Shown in pieces: positions 14,695 through 27,580 of a stretch of DNA of 64,000 bases. Location: assembly GCF_009914755.1 (NCBI RefSeq), contig NC_060929.1; one strand, given 5' to 3'. Origin of the DNA: the human T2T-CHM13v2.0 reference genome, Homo sapiens. Below the pieces are notes generated by a model. That model saw only the letters and a list, made by a program, of their open reading frames with translations. It searched no databases and had not been told where the DNA came from. A program made the translations under genes and the position numbers. Position 1 is the first letter of the stretch. Each line of letters begins with the position of its first letter.

Positions 14695-15005
14695 GCTTTC
14701 TTTTTTTACATTTAATTTAAATTTTTTTAGTTTTAATTTTTATGGGTACATAATAGTTGTACCTATTTATTGGGTACCTATTATATTCTGATACAAGCAT
14801 ACAGTGTGTAATGATCAAATCAGATTAATTGGGATATCTATCACCTTAAACACTGATCATTTCTTTGTGTTAAGAAGATTCCAATTTCACTCTTTTATTT
14901 ATTTAACAATATACAATAAATTATTGTTAACTATAGTCACCCTATTGTGCTACTTAACAGTATAACTTATTCCTTCTAGTTAACTGTATTTTTTTATCCA
15001 TTAAT
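14695..15005 (-). mobile_element. L1MA (L1MA3/4-like) 3' end
   Basis: 'tttaatttttatgggtacataatagttgtac...gatacaagcatacagtgtgtaatgatcaaatcag'; degenerate TSD caaagtggtaatttt (14680-14694) / caaagcagtgatttt (15006-15020). Confidence 0.85.
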
Positions 15006-15010
15006 CAAAG

Positions 15011-17534
15011 CAGTGATTTTTCAAAAGGTGTTCCCTGAATTCCTAGTGGGTTTTAGAATGTTGCTTGAAAGGTGAAGAGGTAAAAGGAGAGATATTAGGT
15101 AGTGAATATAATTTACATATTGGCGTTAATAATACCTTCTTTGAAGAAAGAGCTGTGCTTTTAGAGAGTGATATGAAAATCCTGTTTAATAATCTGTAGA
15201 GATAGTTTGGAGGTAAAACAAATGTTTGATTTTATCATGATGAGAGCTTGGACTGTTTTTGTACCCTATTGTATCTCCAGTATGAAGCATAGTCCTTGCA
15301 CATTACAGCCATCCAATAAATATTTATTTTTATAAGCCATTACAATGACAAGTTGGTTAACATTCTGGTTATATGCCATGATATTTAATTTCAATAAGCT
15401 CAGTAAGCAATAGCACAAGATTTACTTATAATTGCTTATTCTCTTTCTGTGCTCATGATTAAGTTTGGTGCACTTCTGTGCTCACTTTAAAATTTTTAAA
15501 TTTTTACATGGGTTCAAGGTAAATTGAAACAGTATTTCTTGAAACTGCATATTTAAAGAGGGAACATTTAAAAGGATAAATTTAACAATAAAACTGAGAC
15601 TGTTCAGGCTCAAAGTGAAGTGACTGGTGGAATCATATTCACACTCATCAATTAAGTGCAGCTATTATTATCCATACTGATAAGCATATATCCAATGAAA
15701 GTAATATTCCAAAAACTCAAACAGAAGCCATTGGTCATCTGGGTTCACTTTTTAGAGGATATAATTTCTGCAGTTTCTCAATAAGTCTTACATAATACAA
15801 TTTTCAAAATTGTTCTATGTTTCTTGCCAAATCATTTTTGAGCACAAATAAACAAGAATAAAAATGAGATTCTCAATTTATTTCAGCATAAATGGAACAA
15901 CATAGGGTCATAAAAATGTATGCAACAAAATTTAAATATGACAATTGAAATGCATTTATAGATTTTTTTAAAAAAATAACTAAATGCATTAAATGTGAGG
16001 AAGAATTGCATAATATTAGGGAAAATGCTTTAAACCTTCCTCTATAGATATTGCAACAAGAATGTGAAAAGGATGGGCAGTGATGAAAATATAATTATTC
16101 CTATTGTCTCATGATATAATCTAGAGATAGTCTGAGCATGCACATCCTAGATGTTATTAAATTAAAGTCTTTTCTCATGTGAAGTCTAACAATTCAGCTA
16201 GGCTAGAGGAGGGTGTTACAGATATTCTCACATTTTTTGTACAATACATTCTACAGTCCAATTAAAAGAAGGTCTAGCACTTGTAAATCATTGGAAAAAT
16301 ATATAACATTAAAACAATATTTAAAGATTTTATTACATCATTAAATAAGTCGGTCAATATCTAGTGATGGTTGTAACAACTGAGAGCAATGGTAAAGAAT
16401 GTAGAAGTAGGGGTTTTTCCAAAAGCTGTTGCAGAAAAATATGTTCAAGTTTTCTGTTATTGTATGTTGCATAGATAAATGTAGCAGTTTTACGATGCAT
16501 CAACTTTCACCACAGTGTTAGATAAATGTCATACAAATTATATATTTTGTTAGGGTCTGATCTTTCAATTGCAGATTTTTCAGAGCTTTTTGAAATGATG
16601 CAGCAATGAATTTTAAAACTTCCATTGTTTTTATGGTAGAATTTGGTGACTGCTCCAAGGCAAGGTGTAAGTACAGATATTTCAAATGAGACAATAAATA
16701 CTCCTGTGTTTTAATAAAGAGACTCCATTAACTAAAATTGGCTCAGATATTACATGGCTTTCCCCCATACATATCTTGCTAATATTCGGAGTAAGCCAAA
16801 GAAGCTCCTTGTAGTCAGGTATTATCGCAATGTCATTTGACTTACTTAAAACTGCAGATGAAGTGTCAGCAATCAAAACAGAGCTTTAAAGTTTTGATTT
16901 GAAATGCAAGTAACATATATTTACTGTTTTGAAACTTTGATAGAGATAGGGTGATTTAGCTAATTTTAGACACTGACATTGTTGAACACAGAATGACTAA
17001 ACGATACATTCAAAAATTATTTTCCCAAGAATGATCATTTAAAATGGCTGAGGAACTGTTCATCAACCAATTCCAAGTTGAAAATTTAACAATTAAGGTT
17101 TGAGAGCAGATGTTAGATAATGTTAGTAATTCAACCTTGAAACAATTTTCTGCTGCTTCTCCTTTAGTCTTTCAGATGAGTTAAATTGAAGAGCATCATG
17201 AAATTGCAGGATGAGCTGTTAAAAAACTGTTATCATTTGCAATTGTTCTATGTAATACAGAATTGTTTTTATGTGATGCAACCCAAAATAAAACAGAAAT
17301 AATTTGGATGTTGAAGCTGATATAAGACACTAACTTGCATTTACCATTTCTACATAGAAGGTTTTGTTTTGAAAATAACCTTTGGGTTATCATTGATTGC
17401 CACTGCTATTATATATTAATAAATAAGAAATAAATGCATACAAATAAATTAGCACTTTATTTACTGTTTGTGGTTGTATGTTAATTTTCATTTGGCAAAG
17501 GAGGGTTATCTGCTAAAAGTGTTGGAAAATAATG
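15011..17534 (+). mobile_element. Near full-length ancient hAT-Charlie (Buster-type) DNA transposon with decayed transposase
   Basis: Charlie-like ends cagtgatttttcaaa / ttggaaaataatg. Collinear + strand motifs: NCSMFLAK (~15808, BED region), ILTFFVQYI (~16224), CYCMLHR (16455, CxxH), IW*LLQGKV*VQIFQMR (16641, = VRWLSRGKVLxRxFELR), TYLANI (~16790), EEHHEIAG*AVKKLLSFA (17188) and RNNLDVEADIR (17295, dimerization domain). Confidence 0.88.
15235..15330. mobile_element. L2 3'-end fragment nested in the Charlie element
   Basis: 'attgtatctccagta...gcatagtccttgcacattacagccatccaataaatattt' resembles the L2 3' terminus. Confidence 0.55.
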
Positions 17535-17574
17535 TTCTAGATGTCCTATTCAAGTATTAAGTATCAAGACACAC

Positions 17575-17745
17575 CTCTAATTTCTCCTTTAAAATATGAT
17601 GACTGTAATAGCTAATCTCCAGGATTGTTGTAAGAATTAAAGATAATATGTGAAATGTTTACAGAGAATTTATGAGGCAATATTGAAGCACTTAGCAAAG
17701 TGTCCTCAAATAATCATGTCATAAATTCTGTTATTATTATTACTC
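17575..17745 (+). mobile_element. MIR fragment
   Basis: 'ctccaggattgttgtaagaattaaagataatatgtgaaa...aagcacttagcaaagtg...ttattattattact'. Confidence 0.6.
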
Positions 17746-20700
17746 TAGGAAGTATCTGCCTTGTGAATGAATGAAAAAAAATTCACTGAGAACACACTGG
17801 ACAGTTCTGGCTTTTCTGATCTTGATATCATAGCTCAGCCACTAAAATTTCTTAATATAATTTGTTACAGTTCCATTTGAGAATATGACAGAAACTATGG
17901 ACCTGCTTCCACTCATGTCACTTTTTGTATTTTTCCACGATGTTCACAGTTTTCTAGGGGTTGAGTCTATCCAGAAACTCCAGATTAAGATCCCTACCTC
18001 AAGTTTGTTCTTTAGAGATATCAGTAATGCAACCAGTTATTCAATAAAATAAGCCTAGACTTTTAAAATTTCCAATACATACTTAACCATCACCACAACT
18101 ACACAAGATTTTAGAACTCAGCTCATTGGCTTTTTTGTTTTGTTGTTTGTAAAGAACATTCTTACGGCCATTAAATTGGCTATTCAGAGCTCCAAGTTCA
18201 GATATCTGTCAGTTTTGTTTCTTGTCTTAAAATAGAGAAGATGGCTGTGAAAAAAGAACATGGAAACTGGCTCTCTTTCTTTCAGCAATAAACTTGTACT
18301 TTTTCAAAACTTCTTTCCTCAGTTATGATCTGATACAAAAATTAGAAAAGTGTGTATCATGGATGTGTGAAAAATAAATGAGGATTGCAAATGAGCTGAA
18401 ATACTGTAGCTTAGATTAGTAATTTATATGTACCAAAATTATAAATTTTGTTAAGTGCACCACAGAGTATGTCACTCATTCCTTTTTTAAACGTTTTAGA
18501 AGATTTTCAGAGATGAACACAAAAAAATTTCCCTCTTCTTTCTTTTAAAGAAAGAAAAGATGTAGATGATTAGCATTACGGTACATCAATTAGTGCCTCT
18601 GTTCTCTTATAATATATCATATGTCAAAACTTCTGTCTTTGGAATAACAAAAATGACCTTTTGGTGCCGTAAGCTCTCGCTGACCTTTTAGTAGCCATAA
18701 CAGTGGCAGAGAAACAATAAAGATACGTCAAGCAAGAGTTACTTCTTGCCACTGGGATTCTCAGGGAATGAACCAGGATGCTATAAGCAACTTGCTCAAC
18801 TAAAGTTGTAAGTAAAAATGAACAAAAAGACTGTTCTATTATGAGAATCAACTTCATGTCCTTGAAGTGGTATTTAAATATTTCAGTTAACATAAAGCTT
18901 ACAGCAGTGTGCACTTTAGAGAAAGTGCAATTTTCAGAATATACTTAGTGAGTGATGTAAATATCAACATTTTGAAAGCTACCTATCTAGCTTAAAGTAA
19001 ATTTATTAATGGAAAATATAATTTAAACACAAGAGTAGTGTAGCTTAATTTAGAAAGATGTAATAGAGAATGATAGTTTTATATTTGACTTCCTCTCATC
19101 AATTAAAATGTTAACATCAGCTTGTCACAGAGAAACCATTTCTTTTCAAAGAGCTTGGAACAACACACTGGGCTGATGTTTGAAATCTGTATCTGTATGA
19201 TTTATCTATAGGGCACCATTTGAACATTTATTATCTTTGCTGTCCAGAGTGTATAATTTTGTTTATGTTTTTCATGAAGTGTGGAATCACAATTATGAAT
19301 TTATATAAACCCAAGCTCCGTAGTTAAATAAGATGAAAGACCGGAACTACTTCAGTACATTCCAGTGTGAGCAAATTGGGATTCTGGTAACCATGAGGCT
19401 CCAGCTTCTAGTGAAGTTGTTGCGGGGAGAAGGAGTAGGGGGTGAGGAGTAGGGAGGGAGATAATTTCATCAAAGGCAGCTGGGTTTGTGTGAGAATTTG
19501 ACCTGCTAAAGAACAATGAGTTTAGCTCTTCAAATACGGTTTCAGTAATTATTTTCATGATGTTATTTTGTTATCTGATAGACACCTGTGATCACTTTTC
19601 TGTTGGTTAATTTTGCTGTAATCTTTTAGCATATATTTTTAAGCTCAGTCTTTTTTATTTTTAACACAAACAATCTCAAAGTCTGTAGCAAAATACTTTT
19701 AAATAGTGGAATCATCATTCAATTCTCTTGAACATTTGTATTTAAATTCATTTTGAAAGCAACATGTTCTTATTCTGATATTTTCTTTGATTAAAACTTA
19801 GATTTAAGTATGTAGTCACTTTTATTATAAGAGTTCTTATAAATAACTCTTAGCTTCATTCATTTATTCAATGGTCATTCTACTAAATGTCAGCTATTCT
19901 GGGCTTTGTACTAAGACTTGGGTGACAAAAATGAATAAAACTAAGACAATGCTCAGAAACAGCAAATCTTGTTGAATTGTGCTTCTCCTCTCTAGTTCAG
20001 CTACATCACGCTAAAATAATTGGTGGATTCACAAAATGCATTCTTTAAAACATGCATCCTTTGCAGCAGGAGGTGGGGAGATGGGGAAGAGAATAAAATA
20101 GGCCTATTAAGTAGTTTTTAGCAGAAATAATTTTAAAGGCATCACTGGTCTCCAGACTGCCTCTCCTCACTGTCACCCTTAATAGAAACTCCCTTTCTTT
20201 TCTTTACTTGTCTTCCTTTCAAGGTTCAGGTCATACAACCTGTTCCACGCAGCCATCCTCTTCTCTAGTCTTTAATGAGCATGTGGCACTTTGCAAGATC
20301 CTTATTGATGGTACACTCAATTAATATTAGAACATGCTGCCATGAATAATTTATCTTTATTTAATGTTTGCCCTAAATTTGCAATCAGGATTTAAATCCT
20401 GCAATGAAGGATCCATATCTTCTGGGGTTTCATATCCCCAGTGAGGTGGTTTATTCAAACCTGATACTCTTGACGTGGTTGTGATGATATCTTCTATTAG
20501 ATGTAACAAATACAGCACCTAATTTTTTACTGGTTGGTAACATATTCTTGTATCCTATTGAGTAATACACATGACCATAAGAGGGAATGAAATGACCTAA
20601 GTCTCATCAAGCCTCAAGTGACACAAATATTGATAGGTTCAACCTCCACAGTGGTCATTGAAAGGATGATACCTGGACTAAAGTAATGAATTTCCCTATA

Positions 20701-20759
20701 GGAAGGAATTTTAATGGGCATCCAAGTAAGAAACTGTTTTCTTCCTACAAAAATTTAGG

Positions 20760-21710
20760 AAGGCTTAAGAAATCCATCATGCCATAATTGCAACCTATCT
20801 ATCCAATCTGTTTTCCAAAGGACAACCTCTTTAATTCAGAAATCTGAGACTCACATCCTTCTATTTAAAATTCCTTCAGTTACCCCTTCATTATGAAGTA
20901 CAAACTCCTTAACATAACCATGTACAAGTCTTCTCATGATTGGCTCCTGACTAACTCTTTGGTTTCATGGTCAGTATTGTTTCTCATGATCTCCATTCTG
21001 TTTGATTGTCAAGTTGAATTCCTGACTCCCTATAAGAGCATCTCTTCCTCTCAACCTTTGTAAGTGATAGTTTTCTTTTGGTATAATATTCCTCCTTCTT
21101 TTTTCTTGGACAAATAATTCCTTAGGTCTCTCCAATATTACCTCTTTTGTGAAAACTTCCCTTCCCTGCTGTTAGTGTCCCTTTCTTTTTCCATAGCACC
21201 TTAGGCAAAGGCATGCATAGTACTGCTTAGCTGCTCAACGCCAGGGCCACTGTTTACATTTTAGTCTATTCGTATTGCACTGTGAAAAGCCATTTATGTA
21301 GAATAAAGTGTGAATTTTCTACCACTCTGAGGCCCTATCTGTGTCATAATTTTAACTTACTACATACTTTGTTATTGTCTTTTCACTTATTTTCACTTCC
21401 TCTTCCCTGGGATCAGTGTTTCTAGAATTGTGTTGTGAAGATGCCAGGCATCAGAGCCACATAATAGTGCTTATAAAAACTTCAGAGTGCCTTAACTGAC
21501 CCTATAGCGTCAAAGTTGCTATTTATGGGATCCGGACATCTCCTTTTTTAACAAGATGCCCAGGAGACAACTTTGCCTCCTATAGTTTGAGAACTATTAT
21601 AGTTGACTTAGAACTCCTTGAGGGCACCAACTATGCCCTACTCACTTTTGTATCTTCAGCACATATTCTGGCATGCAGCAGAACTGAATACACATTCCCA
21701 AATATGAATT
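20760..21710. mobile_element. L2 fragments interrupted by MER5
   Basis: Pyrimidine-rich L2-like sequence ('aaactccttaacat', 'ctccttgagggcac...gtatcttcagcacat'). Confidence 0.55.
21414..21600. mobile_element. MER5-type hAT MITE
   Basis: cagtgtttct... and ...tttttaacaagatgcccaggag...agtttgagaacta ends. Confidence 0.65.
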
Positions 21711-21786
21711 ATTGTGACTATAGTATGAATGGAAAAATCTCTCAACTGTAAGATTGTGATTCTTGGATGTTAAAAATAACTGTGCA

Positions 21787-22110
21787 GTGGATGGAGCTGG
21801 AAGCCATTATCCTAAGCAAAGTAATGCAAGAACAGAACACCAAATCCTGCATGTTCTCATTTATAAGTGGGAGCTAAACAGTGAGAACACATGGACACAA
21901 AGGAGGGAACAATAGTCACTAGGGCCTACTTGAGGGTGGTAAATGGGAGGAGAGAGAGGATCAACAAACTACCTATCAGGTACTGTGCTTATTACCTTGG
22001 CAACGAAATAATTTGTACACCAAACCCCCATGACATGCAATTTACCTATATAACAAACCTGCACATGTATCCCTGAACCTAAAATAAAAGTAAAAAAATA
22101 AAAAAAAAAA
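21787..22110 (+). mobile_element. L1PA15/16-like 3' end with A tail
   Basis: 'tggatggagctggaagccattatcctaagc...aaactacctatcaggtactgtgcttattacc...aacctaaaataaaagtaaaaaa'. Confidence 0.9.
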
Positions 22111-22129
22111 CTATTCAAGATATCAACTA

Positions 22130-23864
22130 TGCTGGGCAGGACATCAGTACTTCTTATCTTGCCTCCAGCTACCCTTTGCTGAAGCTAAGTTTCAGGCAAG
22201 TGTGGTAAAGAGGTAAGGGCTCTTTTCTCCCACCCAACCCCAACTGATAAGACACAGACTCTTTCTTGGACACAGCAACACTGAGACTACTGTGAAACAT
22301 TTGCCTTTGCCCTGGCTCAAGGTAGTGATTTCACACTGGGAGAGAGAAGTTGAGAAGATCGGAGGCTACTGCACCCCTGTCCTGTTAGCACACGGCTCCT
22401 AAAGCAAGGATGTCTGTCTTAGAGAAGCCTGCTATTGTTTCTATCCTAATACCAGAGCCATAGCTCAGAAATTTTGCTCAGGAGAAGAAGCAGGTTGGAG
22501 AACAGAGAGCTCCAAATCACTCTTCTCCCAATCTTATTTCACTTACAATATAGCATGAAGAAGTTCAAGCCTAAGGACACTCTCAAAAACAATGCAGGCG
22601 ATTATGGGGAAAGGTAATTGAAAGGAAATTGGTAGTCTCATTGGACAAGTAGGCTAAACTGCAGCTGGTTGGTTTATATGAGAGAACCACAGCAAGAACC
22701 CACTTGGGGTCATAAGAAATCTAAAACACCAACCTGCAGTCTGAATTTTATTGGTTTAGTTTGTGGGGCAATTTATGTACCAATACATTGTTGAAAACAA
22801 TAGAGTGCAACCGACCAGTGATTAGCAGATATTAACAGTTGGGATTGAACAGGGAAAGAAAGAATCAATGAGAGGCCTGATAAAGTCACTTTCATTGGGG
22901 ATGACTGTGGGCATATACAAGACTGCAGCTTTTGAGGAATATCAGAGGCTTACTACTGCAAAGATAAGTAGACACCACTAAAACAATTAACTAAATTACA
23001 GTTAATTATAAACTAAAGAAATAAATAACCATAATGACCTTGGGGATGTGGTGGTTACCAGCACTCAGTATTACAACAATATATTATTTAAAATATCTAT
23101 TCTCCAAAAAATCATGAGATATGCAAAGAAACAGAAAAGTATGACCATATACCAGAAAAAAACCAGGTAATAGAAACTATCTCTGAGAGTAATCAGATGT
23201 TATATTTAAAAGAAAAAAATATTCAAAGTAGCCATTATAAATATGTTCAAATAAATTAGCTCTTGATTAAATAAAAGAAGGTATGATGTCAGTGTCACAT
23301 AAAAAAGAAAATATCAGTGATGAGAAATTATAATAACCAAATGGAAATTTTAAATTTGAGAAATGCAAAACTAAAATGAAACATTTATTATGGGAGCTAA
23401 ACAGTTTTAAACTGGCAGAAGAAAGAACTAAACTTGAAGATAGATTTATAGAAATTATGCAATACAAAGAACAAAGATAAAAATAATTAAGAAAAATGAA
23501 CAGAGCCTTAGAGAAACATGGGATACTATTAATCACACATGTGCATGTGACTATCAAAAGAGGAGAAAGAGAAAAGGAGCATAAAAATGTTCAAAACACT
23601 AATGGCAAAAATCTTTCCAATCAATTGAAAAACATTGAAATATACATCCACAAATCTCAACAAACTCCAAAAGGGTAAATGCAAAGAGGTGTACAAATAG
23701 AGACATTATAGTAAAAATTCTGAAAGTCAAAAGACAAAAAGTAAATGTCAAATGGAGCCAAACCTTTAAAAGAGAACCCCAATAATAATACAAGCTGACT
23801 TCTCTGCAGAAACAATGAGGGCGGGAAAACAGCGAGATAACATATTGCAAGTGCTCTAAGGAAA

Positions 23865-23895
<31 letters not shown>

Positions 23896-24210
23896 CACAC
23901 ACACCCCAAAAGCTGTCAACCAAGAATCCTCTATCAAAGCTATCTTTCAAAAGCAATGACAAAATGAATATTTCAACAAAAAATGAAAAAACTTATTTTC
24001 AGCAGAAACACAATATAAGAAATACTAAAGGAAATTCTTTAGGCTGAAAGCAAGTGATCCCAGAAGGTAATTCAAATCGACACACCTACAAAATAAAAAG
24101 CACCAGTAAAGATAATTATGTAATTATAAAACAGTAGGAATGCATGTTTATCTCCCTTTTAAAATGATTTGTATAAAATAATATGCATATAATGTATTAT
24201 TTGACCTATA
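22130..24210 (+). mobile_element. Old L1M 5'UTR and ORF1, with internal (CA)n at ~23865-23903
   Basis: A-rich ORF1-like sequence ('gaagaaagaactaaacttgaagataga', 'gctgacttctctgcagaaacaatgagg', 'caaccaagaatcctctatc'). Confidence 0.75.
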
Positions 24211-24216
24211 ACACAT

Positions 24217-24770
24217 AATCATGTGTCACATCACAAGGTTTCAGTCAAGGACAGATGACATATACAACAGTGGTCCCATAAGATTATAATGGAGCTGAAA
24301 GATTTTTATTGCCTAGTGACATTGCAGCTATGTATACAGTTGTAATGCAATGCATGACCCACATGCTTGTGGTGATGCTGGTGTATGTAAGCAGACGTAC
24401 TGCATTGCCAGTCATATGAAGAGTATAGCATATGCAATTATACAGTATATAAGACTTGATAATGATAATAAACAAATCTGTTAAACATCTATGTGTGTAT
24501 TATATTATACTTTCTGTTGTTATCTTAGAGTGTCCTCTTACTTATTTTTTTAAAGGTTATTGTAAAGCAGCGTAAGGAAGGTCCTTCCCAAGAATACTTC
24601 TGGAACTATTCCAGAAGAAGGCATAGTTTTCACAGGAGATGAAAACTCCATGCATGTTATTGCCCTGAAGACCTTTCAGTGGGGCAAGATGTGGAAGTGG
24701 AAGACAGGGATATTGATGAATCTGATCCTGTGTAGGCCTAGGCTAATGTGTGTGTTTATGTCTTAGTTTT
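24217..24770. mobile_element. Tigger3 (Golem) TcMar fragment, one end only
   Basis: 'gtggtcccataagattataatggagctgaaa...gtggaagacagggatattgatga...tgtgtaggcctaggctaatgtgtgtg' matches the recalled Tigger3 sequence. Confidence 0.88.
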
Positions 24771-25107
24771 TTATTTATTATTATTATTCTACTTTACATT
24801 CTGGGATACATGTGCAGAACGTGCAGTTTTGTTACATAGGTATACACCTGCATTGGTGGTTTGCTACACCCATCAACCGGTCTCCTACCCTAGGTATTTC
24901 TCCTAATGCTATCCCTCCCCTAGTTCCCCACCTGGTGTGTGATGTTCCCCTCCCTCTGTCCACGTGTTCTCATTGTTCAATTCCCACTTATGAGTGAGTA
25001 CATGCAGTGTTTGGTTTTCTGTTCTTGTGTTAGTTTGATGAGAATGATGGTTTCTAGCTTCATCCATGTCCCTGCAAAGGACATGAACTCATCATTTTTT
25101 ATGGCTG
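24771..25107 (-). mobile_element. L1PA7/8-like 3'UTR fragment
   Basis: 'ttctgggatacatgtgcagaacgtgcag...ccctgcaaaggacatgaactcatc'; ends abruptly, no TSD seen. Confidence 0.92.
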
Positions 25108-26214
25108 CTGAATTATTTTTTCAATGTACTGTTTAATCTGGTTTGCTGGTATTTTGGTGAGGATTTTTCCATCTATACGCATCAGAAATATTGGCCTGTA
25201 ATTTTCTTTTTTTGTAATGTCATCATCTGTTGTTGGTATCGAGGTAATAATGGCCTCAAAAAAATGGTTTGAAGGTATTCCTTCCACTTTGAGATTTTGG
25301 ATGAGGTTGAGAAGGGTTAGTATTAGTTCCACTTTAAGTGTTTGGTGGAATTCACCTGTGAAGCCATAGGATTCCATTTATTGATGAAAAACATTTTATT
25401 ACTGATTCAATCTCCTTCCTCAATATTGATTGGTTCAGATTTTCTATTTCTTATTGATTCAGTTTTAGTAGGTTATACGTACCTAGGGATTTATTTATTT
25501 CTTCTAGCTTGTCTTATTTGTTTGGCATATAATTCTACATAACAATCTCTTATAATCCTTCTTATTTCTGTGGTATCAGTGGTAATGTCTTCCCTTTCAT
25601 TTATGACCTTATTTATTAGTCTTCTCTCTTTTTTCTTAGTCCAGCTAAGGGTTTGTCAATTTTGTTTATCTTTTCAGAAAACTTACTCTTGATTTTGTTG
25701 ATTTAATTGTTTTGTAAGTCTCTACTGTATTTATTTTTGTTCTGATCTTTGATATTTTCTTCCTTCTACTAACTTTGGGCATAGTTTTGTTTTGTTTTTC
25801 TTTTTCTAGCTCGTTGAGATATAATGTTAGGTTGTTTATTGGAGATATTTCTTTTTATTTTGATATAGGCATTTATTGCTATAAATTTTCCTCTTAGAAT
25901 GGCTTTTGGTGCATGCCATAGGTTTTGGTATGTTGTGTTTCCATTTTCATTTGTGTCAGTGTAATTCTAAATTTCCCTTTTGATTTCTTTTGACCCGTTG
26001 GTTGTTCAATTTTTACATATTTGTGAATTTTCCAACATTTCTCCTTTTATTGATTTCTAGTTTTATATCACTGAGATCATAAAAAATGCATGATATGATT
26101 TCAACCCTCTGAAATTTGTTCAGACTTGTTTTGTGGCCCAAACTATTATCTATCTTTGAAGAAATTTCTGTATGTGCTTGAGAAGAATATGAACTCTGTT
26201 GCTGCTGGATAACA

Positions 26215-26410
26215 TGTTATATATATATGTACTTTAAAGGACCTAACAGACGTGTATATATATGTCATATATATACATATACATATATATGTATATATGT
26301 CATATATATACATATACATATATATGTATATATGTATATATCTGTCTGACATACATATGTATATATATGTCTGTCATATATATGTATATATGTGTGTGTG
26401 TGTGTGTATG
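26215..26410. repeat. Complex (TA)/(TACA)/(TG) microsatellite inside L1
   Basis: Directly visible. Confidence 0.9.
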
Positions 26411-26639
26411 TCTGTTAGGTCCTTTAGTTTAAAGTATAGTTCAAGTCTAATGTTTCCAGAAAGATTTTCTGTTTGGATGATCTGTTTATTGTTGAAAGTG
26501 GGGGTATTGATGTCCCCTACTATTATTTTATTACAGTCTATCTCCTTCTTCAGATCTATTAATGTTTGCTTTATATACTTAGGTTCTCTGACTTGTAGTG
26601 CCTCTGTATTTACAATTATTATACTCAACAAATTGAGTT

Positions 26640-27580
26640 TTATCAATATATCATATCAATGACATATATATCACATGAATATATCATATCAATGACATAC
26701 ATATCACATCAATATATCATATCAATGACATACATATCACATCAATATGTCATATCAATGACATACTTATCACATCAATATATCACATATGTGACATGCA
26801 TATCCCATCAATATATCACATATGTGACATGCATATCCCATCAATATATCACATATGTGACATGCATATCCCATCAATATATCACATATGTGACATGCAT
26901 ATCCCATCAATATATCACATATGTGACATGCATATCCCATCAATATATCACATATGTGACATGCATATCCCATCAATATATCACATATGTGACATGCATA
27001 TCCCATCAATATATCACATATGTGACATGCATATCACATCAATATATCACATATGTGACATGCATATCACATCAATATATCACATATGTGACATGCATAT
27101 CACATCAATATATCACATATGATATATATCATATCAATATATCACATATGATATATATCATATCAATATATCATATATGATATATATCATATCAATATAT
27201 CATGTCAATATATCATATATGAGATATATCATGACAATATATCATATGTATGAGATATATCATGTCAATATATCATATGTATGAGATATATCATATCAAT
27301 ATATCATATGTATGAGATATATCAATATATCATATGTATGAGATATATCATATTAATATATCATATGTATGAGATATATCATATCAATATATCATATGTA
27401 TGAGATATATCATATTAATATATCATATGTATGAGATATTTCATATCAATATATCATATGTATGAGATATTTCATATCAATATATCAGATGTATGATATA
27501 TCATATCAATATATCAGATGTATGAGATATATCATATCAATATATCATATATATGAGATATATCATATCAATATATAATG
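26640..27580. repeat. AT-rich minisatellite/VNTR: 33-bp units followed by ~29-31-bp units
   Basis: ~4 copies of a 33-mer variant, then 10 copies of (C/A)CATCAATATATCACATATGTGACATGCATATC (7 'ccc', 3 'cac'), then ~31-bp ATCATATGTATGAGATATATCATATCAATAT-type units. Confidence 0.97.

Noticed and set aside
17161-17400. Acceptor-like cctttagtctttcag followed by ATG, as a cellular exon
   Set aside because: Explained as the decayed hAT dimerization domain, with in-frame stops
17830-18000. Possible short hAT MITE
   Set aside because: Only weak similarity to recalled consensus; family and ends could not be fixed
19423-19460. G-rich tract as a G-quadruplex
   Set aside because: Four G-runs but two loops of 9-10 nt; no supporting context
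26659-27180. Repeat-protein ORFs (YITYVTCISHQ)n or a CRISPR-like array
   Set aside because: Open frames result from a stop-free 33-bp unit; units are contiguous with no unique spacers, and the context is primate DNA with no cas genes
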